DNA of 64,000 nucleotides, from the NCBI GenBank assembly GCA_965233865.1, contig OZ247587.1, positions 544,001 through 608,000 of the forward strand, given 5' to 3'. The position numbers were made by a program, and so were the translations under genes. The first letter of the stretch is position 1, and the number at the start of each line of letters is the position of its first letter. Shown piece after piece: positions 50,410-61,590 of this stretch. The stretch comes from Candidatus Neptunichlamydia sp. Its GTDB lineage: Bacteria > Chlamydiota > Chlamydiia > Chlamydiales > Simkaniaceae. The notes below the pieces were generated by a model. The model saw nothing but the letters and a program-made list of their open reading frames with translations. It was not told the DNA's origin and did no database searches.

Positions 50410-52307
50410 GTGGAACAAGGGCTCAGCACTATTGTGGCCGACTTCTTAGAGGAAGATCTCATAAGTAATGCTTATTTTGCCTTCCTCAATCGGAATCGAG
50501 ACCAGATCAAAATCCTCTACTTTGATGGAGATGGTTTAGCGATTTGGCAAAAACGACTTGAAAAAGGGAGGTTCCCAAAACAAAAGAAGCCAGACCCTCT
50601 TATGAGCAGACAAAACTTCTTGATGCTTCTTGGAGGCATTGTTCCAAAAAGGATAAACAAGCGGATTAATTTTTCTTGAAAAAAAGAACAAAATCTCTTT
50701 TTTTCTCTCTATGGGAAAATGATAAAATAGCAGCCATGAATCCACAAGCTTTTCTGCAAAAAACCGCCCAACTTCAAGAGCAAGTTCTCTCTCTTGAAAC
50801 GAAAGCATCAACGCTTCAAACAGAGAAAGAATCCCTCGAAACTCAGCTCCTTCAAGCCAACTCTCAACTCGAATGGCTCAAAAAGCAGCTCTTTGGAAAG
50901 CGCTCTGAAAAGTTTTAACAAAGAAGATCAAGAGCAACTTCTTTTTGAAGGATTTGAGATCAAGGAGCCCCCTAAGGATAAACAAACAAAAGTCAAAGGG
51001 CATACGCGCAAGAAGAAGAATAAAGGAAAAGACACAATCATTCTTCCGCCAGACCTACCCATCGAAAAAGAAACCATCGATCTTCCCGAAGAAGAGAAGG
51101 TTTGTCCAAGCACCAAAAAACCTTTAGAAAAAATTGGAGAAGAGATCAGCAGTAAGCTTGCCTATCGACCTGGAAGCTACTACATCAAGCAGATCATCAG
51201 ACCCAAATATGCAAGCCTTGATGGGAGCATCAAAACAGAGCCACTTCCAGAGAGTCTCCTGGATCGCTGCCAAGCTGATGAAAGCCTACTTGCTCATATT
51301 ATCGTTCAAAAGTACACCGATCACCTTCCCCTATATCGACAAAGCGAAATCCTAAGAAGAGGAGACATCAAGATCTCTCGGCAAACCCTCAGCAAATGGG
51401 TGATAAGATGTGGAAAAGCACTAAAACCTCTCTATGAAGAACTCCAAAAGCAAATACTCCAAAGCAAAAACATCTTCATTGATGAAAACCCCATCTCGAT
51501 GCAAGCCTCAAAAAAACTTAAGCAAGCCTATATGTGGGTCATAGTAGGGGGCAAGGCTCTGATCCTCCCTATAGAGCCTATCACTTTAGACTCAATCGAA
51601 AACATGAACATGCTAAAGAACTCCTTAAGGACTACCAAGGGACTTTCCACTCTGATAAATATGGGTGCTACGAACAGTTAGCCAAAGACAAACGCTTTAA
51701 CTGGTGTCCCTGCTATAGTCACATTAGAAGGAAGTTCTTCGAAGCAGAGGGAGGAGAGTTTAGAAAAACCATCCTTAGAAAAATCCGATACCTCTTCTTA
51801 CTTGAACGAGTTGCATGGGCAAGAGATTCCGAAGAAAGACTCAGGATCCGAAAAGAAAAAGAAATTCCCCTCATCGAGGAGCTCATAGAACTGGCCCAAG
51901 AAAAACTCAAAGACTATCGAGTCCTCCCTAAATCAAAGCTCAGAGAGGCGCTAGGCTACCTGTGTAGCCTGCGCCCTCATCTAAAGAGCTACACCAAACA
52001 CTCGCAAGCTCGCCTCGATAATAATGTGGCCGAAAGAGCCATTAGACCCCTAGCTCTTGGAAGAAAGAACTGGCTCTTCGTGGGGAGCGAAGAAGGAGGA
52101 GAAGTCGCAGCCACCCTCTTCTCTCTGGTTCAGTCCTGCAAAGCATCCGGAATCAATCCCGAGAAATATCTCACAGATGTGATGAAAAGGCTTATGAGCC
52201 ACAATTCCCAGAAGCTCGTAGAGCTTCTTCCTGATCAGTGGGCCAAATCCCAAGAATCAGACCCTACCTCCTGATCTTCTGTCAAGACGGTTTCCGTTGA
52301 CGCTTAC
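50410..52307 (+). mobile_element. IS66-family element, left-truncated, with frameshifted tnpC
   Basis: TnpB fragment (FLNRNRDQIKILYFDGDGL...KRLEKGRF); TnpC in three frames (FGKRSEK, KYTDHLPLYRQ, DNNVAERAIRPLALGRKNWLF); right end ...gacgcttac at 52307. Confidence 0.9.
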
Positions 52308-52985
52308 AAAACAACCGCTAGCATCAGATCTACAGCGGCATCCTATTTGAATTGCTTGAAACATTTGCAAACTCCGGACCCAGGACGGGAGTTTTCTATT
52401 ACAAAATGGGTTGAAGATGAATCCTCTGATTCATGGCTTTTTCTTTCTTGTGATACTAAAAGCAGAGACACCATGCGTCCGTTGCTTAGCGCGTGGTATT
52501 CAACGGCAATGAGATCTCTGATGGCTCTTGATTCTTGTGACGATAGGCGCGTATGGTTTGTCAATGACGAACTTCCATTGATGGACCAAATCAATGGTCT
52601 GAGCACCTGCCTTTCAGAGGGAAGGAAATACGGAGCCTGCGCCTTGCTTGCTACGCAATCGCCCTCTCAGATAGTAGATATCTATGGATCTCAGCAGGCG
52701 CAAACAATCACTTTGAATTGCCAAACCAAAATCGTCTTTCGTGAGTCCGAGCCACAGAATGCTGAGCAGCTGTCAAAATTGTTTGGTAACCTAGAACTTG
52801 AAGAGACAAAAGAGGGGCTTTCCTATGGTGCCAACGATATGAGAGATGGTGTAACACAGAGCAAACAGCGTCGCAAGCAAGCAATGGTATCAGTCACAGA
52901 TATACAAAATCTTAGGGTGAATCATTGCTATTTAAGAGACACAAAAGGCAAAATCAAGCACTTAAAGCTAAGGATTGCTAAGTAA
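52308..52985 (+). pseudogene. traD: TraD/TrwB type IV coupling protein, C-terminal fragment
   Basis: RVWFVNDELP (Walker B region), EGRKYGA, QSPSQI..IYG, SYGANDMRDGV; N-terminus cut off by the IS66. Confidence 0.85.
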
Positions 52986-53063
52986 GTAGACTTTAGATTT
53001 ACCTTTTAGCAAGCTATAGAGAAAATAACGAATTTTAGACGATTTTTTACTTTTTGGGTATAG

Positions 53064-54305
53064 ATGGGATCAAAAAATAGGCTAAGAATAGGAAACTATA
53101 CACTTTTTTGTTCAAAGAATAATCTTATTAACTGTAAATTTTTGTTTTTTAGAGAAAATAAGAAAAATCATCTTTATCAAGATCCAAGTAATTTCAAAAA
53201 AGACAATCCTAAACCTGCATATATCGTACCAATATCAAAAATCAAGGAAAGATTAGATCTTCATGGATTCACATTAGAAGAATCTGAAAGTTTTGTTAGA
53301 ATGGTTAGCGAAAATAAATTAAATTTTAATTCTTTTCTTAAAATGCTTTCGTTTATTGACTTTAATCAAAAAAGCTCTGAATTTTTAAATGCCGAAATGA
53401 TTAAAGGCGACTTAAAAGAGATTAAAAGTTTAGAGTTACTTGGCTATGATATGCAATCCTTATATAGCATAAGATTATTCCTTAATAAAAATAAAAAAGC
53501 TATCGACTTATTGAAAAGCTGTAACATTGAAACGAAATTTTTATTTCAGTTAGACGAAATGGACCCATATCTGATACTTAGATGCCTTGCAGAGATAGAT
53601 ATTTTTTCAGAAAACCAACTTGTTTGGGAATATTTTGATCTAGTTGAAGGAGGGTGGATTGATGACCTCGATATTAATCTTAAAGATAGTATAACTTACT
53701 TGATATTAACTGAAGGAAAAACAGATAAAAAAATTATATCAGGAGTTTTTAATAAATTTAAGCTAGAATTGAGTGATTTGTTTTCATTTACAGATGATGA
53801 TTTTCCTTTCGGTGGAACTGAAGATATGGTTAAGCTCTGTAAGCTATTAAAAAATTTGGAAGGTATTGGCCCTGTTATTGTGTTGTTAGATAATGATGGT
53901 GCTGGGAATAAGTCATTAAAGAAATGTGATAAGGTAGAAATCCCTAATAATATTCGTGTAATTTCTCTACCTGAACTAAAAGATTTCAATAGTTTTCGAA
54001 CAACTCAATCAAAGAAAATCTCTAATTCTACCCAGATTACAAAAAAGAACATTAATGGAATCGGTGCATCTATAGAATTGTATTTAGATTTTAAATCGAT
54101 TGAAGAAGATCCAATGATCATATTGGATTCTCCAACACATGGAAAATTGGATAAGAAAATAAAAAATAAATTACAACGTGCTTTTCATGAAGAAATGGAA
54201 AAAAATAGTCAAACTTACAACTACTCGAAACTTCGAATTTTAATCGAATATATCATCTCTAACTGTAAAGACATGGGTAAGTGTGATCTTCCCCCAAAAA
54301 AGTAG
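53064..54305 (+). CDS. HEPN/Toprim-associated N-terminal domain plus TOPRIM domain protein
   Basis: MGS...L.IG N-terminus, IKERLDLHGFT, W.Y.DLVEGGW, ILTEGKTD (TOPRIM Glu), LLDNDGAG (DxD), SIELYL; very AT-rich. Confidence 0.72.
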   Translation: MGSKNRLRIGNYTLFCSKNNLINCKFLFFRENKKNHLYQDPSNFKKDNPKPAYIVPISKIKERLDLHGFTLEESESFVRMVSENKLNFNSFLKMLSFIDFNQKSSEFLNAEMIKGDLKEIKSLELLGYDMQSLYSIRLFLNKNKKAIDLLKSCNIETKFLFQLDEMDPYLILRCLAEIDIFSENQLVWEYFDLVEGGWIDDLDINLKDSITYLILTEGKTDKKIISGVFNKFKLELSDLFSFTDDDFPFGGTEDMVKLCKLLKNLEGIGPVIVLLDNDGAGNKSLKKCDKVEIPNNIRVISLPELKDFNSFRTTQSKKISNSTQITKKNINGIGASIELYLDFKSIEEDPMIILDSPTHGKLDKKIKNKLQRAFHEEMEKNSQTYNYSKLRILIEYIISNCKDMGKCDLPPKK

Positions 54306-54570
54306 ACAGTTATGATGTAGACTCTTCAAAATATTGAGGAGAAAATAACATGAAAAAATTTGACGCTGATTTTAAGAAGAATGCAGTCAAGCTGGTGATT
54401 GAAGAAAAATTACCGATTAAGCAGGTATCTCAAGACTTAGGGATCGGTCATTCAACATTAAATATGTGGTTGTCTGATTACAGAAAAGGAAAATTTTTTA
54501 AGAGTGAGAAAGAGAAATTTTAAAAAAGGCCATGGGCATCTTCTCCTCAATGTCAAAAGCAAGCACAGAG
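54284..54570 (+). mobile_element. IS3-family left-end remnant
   Basis: IR tgatcttccccc...gtagaca; OrfA HTH MKKFDADFKKNAVKLV...VSQDLGIGHSTL; right boundary approximate. Confidence 0.8.
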
Positions 54571-54793
54571 TTATGAGCACGGCTTTTGCATGAAAATAAT
54601 TTCTTTACAGAAAGGGCTGTAGCGGCAGATTTTTACCATAGATTTTGTAACAAAACCCATACCTGAAAACATTTTTCAATACTGCGAAGATCCTAATCAT
54701 CATTTCTGAGTGAATTTTAAGGAAAAGTGCCGATTTTAGGCATAGTTATTCCAAATGATTCAAGTGTTCTGGGTAATAATGGTGTTTGGAGTA

Positions 54794-54879
54794 CAACTCA
54801 TTGCTAGTTTATTTTGCCCCTAATTTGTATGAAACGCTTTATTTGATTGCAGATGGATTGTAACCTTATCGCCGTATAG
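54794..54879 (+). repeat. 86-bp inverted copy of the adjacent IS5 end
   Basis: Reverse complement of 55935-56020 with one mismatch. Confidence 0.85.
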
Positions 54880-56020
54880 CAACTCATTGCTAGTTTTCCC
54901 AGAAAATCAGATGGAAGATTTATGCAGCTAAGTCGAAAATTCACATTGGAGCCGAAAAAATGCTCTACTTCCTCTGCATGGCACGAAAACAGCCATTTTT
55001 GGACATGCGAGTGCATTGTCAAAACAAACTGGTCTCGATGAAAGTAGGTTCATTTTGGGCCTAGACACTACAAAAGTGGCGTAAGTTAATGAGTGCAAAA
55101 GCGATATACTTCATCCCATAATGATGCGAGCTAATTCTCTCGAATCGTATAAGAAGCCGTTTAAACTTGTCCTCCCATGCGAAAATCCTCTCTATGGTAC
55201 GGAAGCGTTCTTTAAAAACTTCGAAGTCAAACATGGGCTTGCGACTACTCTTGCTCTTTTTTCTATTTCGTTTGTTTGGATTGATGTTAGGTTTCATTCT
55301 CGCATTGAAGATTTTCTTACCGTTTTTACGGCAATCATAGACCCCATCGAGGCTCATGGTGGATCCTTTAATGTTGAACCCCACAGCCTTTGCAATACTC
55401 TTCAATGGGCCCATTGCTTCGCGTATGAGGGGAGACTCATTCTTGTTGCCTGGCGCAAAGATCATAGGTGCTATAACATTGCAGTTACGATCACATAGGG
55501 CGACAACCTTATCACCTTTCATATGCTTGTGACCGTTGAAACCTATATTATCGCCCCTTTTTTAGCCGTTGTCGTGCTACCATCTCCGTGAATCACATCG
55601 GTATTCAATATTTTTTTTGAAAAAAACTGCTGAACGGAACCCACAAATATCTTTTCGAAACAGCCATCCCTATGCCACCGTTGAAAGGTGCGGAATATGC
55701 GAGTGTGGTGGATTTCCGGCTTGCCAGATGCATCTTTTTTAATGGGAATTTCTTCCCGTTGGCACCCGGTATGCATCAACTTCAAAATGTAGTTGAAGAG
55801 ACGGTAAAATGACACCTTTGTCTTAGGTCCTCTTGATCCTTCAGTGAGATGGGGCAAGACAAATTGATTAAATTCCTCTACTGACAAATAGATCGGAATG
55901 CTTTGGTATTTTTTGCTTCTACTCATTTTTACTCCTATACGGAGATAAGGTTACAATCCATCTGCAATCAAATAAAGCGTTTCATACAAATTAGGGGCAA
56001 AATAAACTAGCAATGAGTTG
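54880..56020 (-). mobile_element. IS5-family element with a two-ORF transposase
   Basis: IRs caactcattgctagttt; ORFs 55543-55926 and 55061-55522 joined near an A6G4 slippery site; SLDGVYD, RTIERIFAWEDKFKRL. Confidence 0.88.
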
Positions 56021-56148
56021 CATGCAAATCAGAGGGGCTCCATTCGGTATTTTTAGCCCATCAAGATACGTGAAATTCGATATAAGATCATAAAGATCAG
56101 TAAGAAGAGCTAAGGAAGATTTATAAATCATGCACTTGATTCAGGCGA

Positions 56149-56517
56149 TTAATATTGAACTTCTTGCTGATTTAGAATCTCCTTTTTGCGGACTTCTAAC
56201 TTGTCGATCTCCTCTTGATACCGTGCAGCAATTTCCCGACTCGTATCAGCTTCATTCCAGTAGCGACGTGCATCGAGTAGGTTGTGAGACTGAAACTGGA
56301 GGCGATCTCCTTGGTTTTGTGACCAAGCAGCATTGGAAAGTTCTTTGTTTCTAAGATCAGTTAGCTTAATGACTGCCTGATCGATGGTTTCCACTTCTTG
56401 CTTCCAATTTTCCGACGACTGTTCTTTCACAAGAGCTAGTACTTCTTTATCTAACTGAGGAAGAGTTCCATATGCCATTCCAAACACCGAAAACCCCAAT
56501 ACAATCCAGAATTTCAT
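56149..56517 (-). CDS. Secreted coiled-coil hypothetical protein
   Basis: Signal peptide MKFWIVLGFSVFGMAYG followed by a helical body. Confidence 0.7.
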   Translation of the reverse strand: MKFWIVLGFSVFGMAYGTLPQLDKEVLALVKEQSSENWKQEVETIDQAVIKLTDLRNKELSNAAWSQNQGDRLQFQSHNLLDARRYWNEADTSREIAARYQEEIDKLEVRKKEILNQQEVQY

Positions 56518-56753
56518 CCCATCTCCATGTACGATTCTTCCCTTCCACATTTACCCGATCCTCTAATTGAAGAAAAGACCTAGTGATTATACCTACTAAT
56601 ATGAACCTATCCCTATAACCTGAGTTTTGAGCTTATTTTCAGAAAGGGATGTAACGTAAGAAGTAATCAAGCTCATCCAACGAAAGTATAAAATCTTTCA
56701 TACAACCACTCAAATAGATCGCTAGTATTGCCCAGATCAGCTATAATGACTGC

Positions 56754-57743
56754 ATGAAACATGTTCTTTTTTGTTTTATTTTTACGGTTCACTCCCTCTT
56801 TGCTTTTAGCTTAAAAGACCGGTTCTTAGAAGCTGAAGAAGGAACCTATATTGTCACGGAACAAAACCAACTAATCTCCCTTTTGCACCTTCATACAAAA
56901 GGGGAAAAACGCTTCTTATTTGAGGAAATTAGTATTCCCCAACACCAAGTCAAAAAAATGAAATGGGATGAATGGGTGAGTAGAGGAGCTCCTGGACATA
57001 CTTCATGGATCCTATATGAAATCGATCTCGAAAAGAAATCTGTTACCGAATGTTACTCAAGGACTCGCAGAGCCTGGGTTCCAACCGATGAAATGGCGGC
57101 TTTCTTAATCCCCCTAATGTCTTTGAATCTTAATTATCTTTCTGAAGAAGAGAGGATGCAAACAGGCCCCACTTCCAAACCTGGAACAATCCAAAATCGT
57201 CCTTGGGGACCCCCTCAGGTCCTTGAAGGAAAGAAAATTAAAGAGGCTGAATATGACGTTTATACCGCTAAATGGCCCATAGATCACGCAGACCTTTCTG
57301 GAAAATCAATAATCCTCTACTTCGATAAAGAGCGTAAAGATTTCCCTTTTCCCTACTGGCTACAGGTTAGAGATGGGGTGATAAAGTTTAAAATCCGTGC
57401 TCTTGATTCAGGAAGAGGGATGGTTTCTCCTGCGCGCGATATCCCCCGTCGCAGACCAGCCTTTACTTCAAGCGTCCACAAAGAAGACGGGAAAATGCAG
57501 CTATCGCTCAACTGTCCAACATACTTTGATTCTTTAAATCTTTATGCAATCGATATGACCGAAAGCCCCCGTCTCACCCACGTGATCCCATGCGATGAGA
57601 AAAGAAATGGAGAGTCTCTCACCCTCTTAATTGACCAAAATAAAACTGATGCTCTTTTCACTTCTGGCCACGAATACTTATGGATTGTTTCTTCAGAAAC
57701 TCCTGAAATGGCGATTGAATCGCCGCATTCCTATACTCAATAG
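56754..57743 (+). CDS. Secreted hypothetical protein
   Basis: Signal peptide; W...GAPGHTSW and FPYW motifs. Confidence 0.75.
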   Translation: MKHVLFCFIFTVHSLFAFSLKDRFLEAEEGTYIVTEQNQLISLLHLHTKGEKRFLFEEISIPQHQVKKMKWDEWVSRGAPGHTSWILYEIDLEKKSVTECYSRTRRAWVPTDEMAAFLIPLMSLNLNYLSEEERMQTGPTSKPGTIQNRPWGPPQVLEGKKIKEAEYDVYTAKWPIDHADLSGKSIILYFDKERKDFPFPYWLQVRDGVIKFKIRALDSGRGMVSPARDIPRRRPAFTSSVHKEDGKMQLSLNCPTYFDSLNLYAIDMTESPRLTHVIPCDEKRNGESLTLLIDQNKTDALFTSGHEYLWIVSSETPEMAIESPHSYTQ

Positions 57744-57809
57744 AGCTGAAGCTCTATCGGTAACGTCGAAAGTCCCTTCCTTATTTCAAAGAATAACGAT
57801 ATATCCTTT

Positions 57810-58142
57810 TCACAAAGACTTAATTGCGTTGATTTCAGATGCAACAAACGCAATCTGCTCAAAGTAATCCATAGCGCTTTGTTCGGAATCTTTACGAGAA
57901 ATATCTCTATCTAGATCCATTACGTGCTTGTGTACAAGACGCATTGCCTCACTGATTAAAGCATCTAAACGATCATGCACATAGGGTGAAACTTCTTGAA
58001 TATCCTTCATGATAATTTCGACAGTATCTCTCCAATTATACAGATCAATCATAATAGGGGGCTCTTTCAGTTGCTCTCCAAGTTGAAAAAGGAGCAACTG
58101 AAGTTTTTCTTTGGAAGAATCATCTTCCGGAATTTTAGTCAT
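57810..58142 (-). CDS. Hypothetical acidic helical protein
   Basis: ORF with AGAGG RBS before ATG 58142. Confidence 0.65.
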   Translation of the reverse strand: MTKIPEDDSSKEKLQLLLFQLGEQLKEPPIMIDLYNWRDTVEIIMKDIQEVSPYVHDRLDALISEAMRLVHKHVMDLDRDISRKDSEQSAMDYFEQIAFVASEINAIKSL

Positions 58143-58480
58143 TCTAGTACCTCTATTATTGGTAAGTACTATAATCAATATAATTATTGCACTATGAACC
58201 TATCTCTAGAGTCAATTTTTATGAACATAAAATAAGATTCAAAAATAATAAAATGAGCTTGAAAAAATGCATCCAACACACCTCTATAGAAAGTTTGTTA
58301 ATAATTAATAAAGAACATGTTATGAAACTTCAATAATTTCTTTATAAAAATTTTACTTTACATCAATCGAGAAAATGCGATTCTCCTGCAGAAACAGTTA
58401 TGAACAAGTTTTCCACATGAACCCTGCCACGTGAGAGTCTCACGTGTACATTTATGTTTTGATGCGTTAGAATCTGCTCT

Positions 58481-60331
58481 ATGAAAATATACCGATTAAA
58501 AAAATCTCTCCATATCTTCCGTCACATCTTAAAACTCTATCGAAGAAAACAGAAAATCCTATCAGAAAGTCAACGGACGGAAGTTGTCCACACCTTGAGT
58601 AATCTCCAGGAACAAATTCTTGAGAAAAACCGCGCGCAAGCTTCAAAAATAGCCCATAAGGCAGAAAAGTTTACGACCCTTCATCTCAAAAAAAGCCCGC
58701 TGGAGCGCGTGCGAGATTTTATTGTTGGACTAGGGCTAGCTCTTTTGGTTGCAGTCCTCATTCGAACTATGTGGTTTGAACTATATGAGATACCGACTGG
58801 ATCGATGCGACCGACGCTTGCAGAAAGAGATCGCCTTGTTGTCTCGAAAACCACATATGGCATTAACATTCCATTGAGACAAGGACATTTCCTTTTTGAT
58901 CCTAACTTGGCACTCAGGAATGGAACAGTCGTCTTCACTGGTGCAGGAATGGATATCCATGACGTAGATACCTTTTACTTCTACCTCTTTCCTGGAAAAA
59001 AGCAGTTTGTAAAACGTCTCATTGGAAAACCTGGAGATATTCTTTATTTTTATGGAGGTGAAATCTACGGAATCGACAAAAATGGAAATGATATTTCAAA
59101 AGACTTAAATCCTGAATTCTTAAGCAAAATTGATCATGTCCCCTATATTTATTTGAATGGGAAAATGATGCTCCCTGAGAAAGCAAAGGGTGGTATCTAT
59201 GCCCCAGTTACTCTAAAGCAAATGAATAAAGCAGTTGCACAACTCTCATTAGAATCTACCAATAAAATTATTGGGGAAATGCTTCCTCCTTTCAAGGGAG
59301 CCGTAGAAGATTACTATGAGCTTTGGGGCTTTAGCGATTATGGTGTTTCCCGCCTGTTAACCGATCGCGAGGTCGAGAAATATGCAAGTACCCCCTTGAA
59401 TCAATTAGAAAAAGCCCCTCTCTATATGGAAGTCATCCACCATCCGACAGTGAAACACCCTAAAATAGAGAAGAACCCCATGGGACGATTGGTCCCTAGC
59501 TTAGGAACAACATCCTCTGTGATTCCTCTGTCGCAGGACCATTTAGACACTTTGATGAGCAACCTCTACACCGCTCGATTTATCGTAAAAAATGGTCATG
59601 CTTACCGATATGGGTCAAAGCTAAGCCAAGCAAGTCCCAAACTTTCGGGCATTCCAAATGGAACCTACGAGTTTTACTACGGAAAAGGATATCAAGTGCG
59701 CTTTGGAGGGATTACAACCGAACTTCCAAAGGATCATCCTCTCTATCAATTTACACCAGAACGGATGCAACTTCTTTATAATTTAGGAATTGAGTGGATG
59801 ACGTTCTATGCTCCTTATGCAAAGGATCAGTATCTTCTCCCTTCTCGCTATGTTTATTACCGGGATGGAGACCTCTTTGCAATGGGCGCCTCTATGATTA
59901 AAAAGGATGATCCCACCCTTTTAAAGTTCATTCAACAAGAATACCTCCGTCAAGAGGCGGCCCCCAATTATCGCCCTCACATCCCTTTTGATGATCCTGG
60001 TCCTCCCCTTACAAGTGAAGGGAAAATCGATACAGTTCTCCTCCAGCAAAAAGGGATTGAGATCCCAGTCAATCGATATATGGTGCTAGGAGATAACTAC
60101 GCAATGAGTGCAGACAGCCGCGATTTCGGGTTTCTTCCTGAAGAAAATATTCGAGGAGCCCCTGATTATATTTTCTGGCCTCCAGGCCCTCGCCTTGGAG
60201 CCGTTCTACAAGCAAACCATCCTTTCTTTAATTCTCCTCGTTTTGTCGTTTGGATCCTTGCTTTTGTTGGCTTTGGCACCTACTATGTTGTTTATCATAA
60301 GCGGAATAAACTCCCTCAAAAAATCAAATGA
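58481..60331 (+). CDS. lepB: Signal peptidase I (long chlamydial type)
   Basis: IPTGSMRPTL, FVKRLIGKPGD, LGDNYAMSADSRDFG with a large insertion. Confidence 0.94.
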   Translation: MKIYRLKKSLHIFRHILKLYRRKQKILSESQRTEVVHTLSNLQEQILEKNRAQASKIAHKAEKFTTLHLKKSPLERVRDFIVGLGLALLVAVLIRTMWFELYEIPTGSMRPTLAERDRLVVSKTTYGINIPLRQGHFLFDPNLALRNGTVVFTGAGMDIHDVDTFYFYLFPGKKQFVKRLIGKPGDILYFYGGEIYGIDKNGNDISKDLNPEFLSKIDHVPYIYLNGKMMLPEKAKGGIYAPVTLKQMNKAVAQLSLESTNKIIGEMLPPFKGAVEDYYELWGFSDYGVSRLLTDREVEKYASTPLNQLEKAPLYMEVIHHPTVKHPKIEKNPMGRLVPSLGTTSSVIPLSQDHLDTLMSNLYTARFIVKNGHAYRYGSKLSQASPKLSGIPNGTYEFYYGKGYQVRFGGITTELPKDHPLYQFTPERMQLLYNLGIEWMTFYAPYAKDQYLLPSRYVYYRDGDLFAMGASMIKKDDPTLLKFIQQEYLRQEAAPNYRPHIPFDDPGPPLTSEGKIDTVLLQQKGIEIPVNRYMVLGDNYAMSADSRDFGFLPEENIRGAPDYIFWPPGPRLGAVLQANHPFFNSPRFVVWILAFVGFGTYYVVYHKRNKLPQKIK

Positions 60332-61590
60332 GCACCCCAGAAAAACCCCTTAAGTCGCGCAGTTTTTCGACACGCTTTGCTTTTATCTGGATGCAAATTG
60401 CGACTGAGCCTTTCATCGCTTTTTATACCCTTCTTTTATTTATATTGCGGAAAGATCTACACGCCACCGCTCTCCAGATCTCAGTTTTAGCGACCCTTCG
60501 TCCCGTCCTCTCAGTTTTATCCTTTTACTGGAGTGCAAATCTACTGAGAGAAAGAAGTAAACTTCTCTCTAATTTTATGGGAGCATGGGTTCTCTCTTTT
60601 ATCCCCTTCCTCTGCCTACCTTTTATTAGCAATGTCTGGTTCGTCATCTTGTGTGCTGGAGTCTATCAGTTATTTTCAAGAGCCTGCATCCCTTCAAAAA
60701 TGGAAATTCTCAAGCTTAACCTTGAGAAGGAGCCTCGTGAAAAACTCTTCTCCCGCCTGTATGTTCTCGGGTTTATAGAAAGTATTTGCTTAGGTCTCTT
60801 TGTAGGGAAATTTCTTGATGTCTACAAAGGATCCTGGCAGATCCTATTTGCCCTTGCAGCAATCCTCTCCTTGACCAGCACTTTCATTCAAATGCGTATC
60901 CCCCTTCCTCAAAACCTAAAGCAAGACGGCAACATCCTACCAATCTCCTCAAATCGTCTCTTACAACCGATAAAAGATTCGATCCATTTGATGCGTTCTC
61001 GCCCCGATTTTGCTAATTTCCAGTGGGGATTTATGCTGGGAGGATTTGCGCTAATGTTTATGACTCCTGCTATCCACATCTATTATGCTGACACCCTCAA
61101 CCTTACCCATGATAATTTGGCAATTGCCCGTTATATTTGGATGGGAATTGGAGTCGTTTCCACATCATTTTTATGGAGGCAAGGAATTAGCCGTATCTCT
61201 TTAAATCGCCTCACGGCATTTATAATTCTTGGATTTAGTCTCTTCCCATTTACCCTCCTTTTTGCCACGTCCAATATCTTCTGGGTGAACATTGCCTTTC
61301 TATTCTATGGAATAGCCCAAGCTGGAAGTAACCTTATCTGGCATCTTTCTGGAACCCTCTTTGCTGCCGATGAGGATAGCTCAAAATTTTCGAGCGTGAA
61401 TATTCTTATGGTCGGGCTCCGCGGCCTCATTGCCCCCGTTCTAGGCGGCATCTGCTGCAGTTTTTTTTCCCCTTTGACGATTCTCGGAATCGGAATTGTT
61501 ATTGGTTTAACGGGAGTTTTGTACATGCTACGCCCGGCTCCAAAAGTTCTACCTTCCCAGCACCTCCATCAAGTGCGTAGCGACAATTAA
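60328..61590 (+). CDS. MFS transporter
   Basis: About 12 TM helices; translationally coupled to lepB. Confidence 0.82.
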   Translation: MSTPEKPLKSRSFSTRFAFIWMQIATEPFIAFYTLLLFILRKDLHATALQISVLATLRPVLSVLSFYWSANLLRERSKLLSNFMGAWVLSFIPFLCLPFISNVWFVILCAGVYQLFSRACIPSKMEILKLNLEKEPREKLFSRLYVLGFIESICLGLFVGKFLDVYKGSWQILFALAAILSLTSTFIQMRIPLPQNLKQDGNILPISSNRLLQPIKDSIHLMRSRPDFANFQWGFMLGGFALMFMTPAIHIYYADTLNLTHDNLAIARYIWMGIGVVSTSFLWRQGISRISLNRLTAFIILGFSLFPFTLLFATSNIFWVNIAFLFYGIAQAGSNLIWHLSGTLFAADEDSSKFSSVNILMVGLRGLIAPVLGGICCSFFSPLTILGIGIVIGLTGVLYMLRPAPKVLPSQHLHQVRSDN

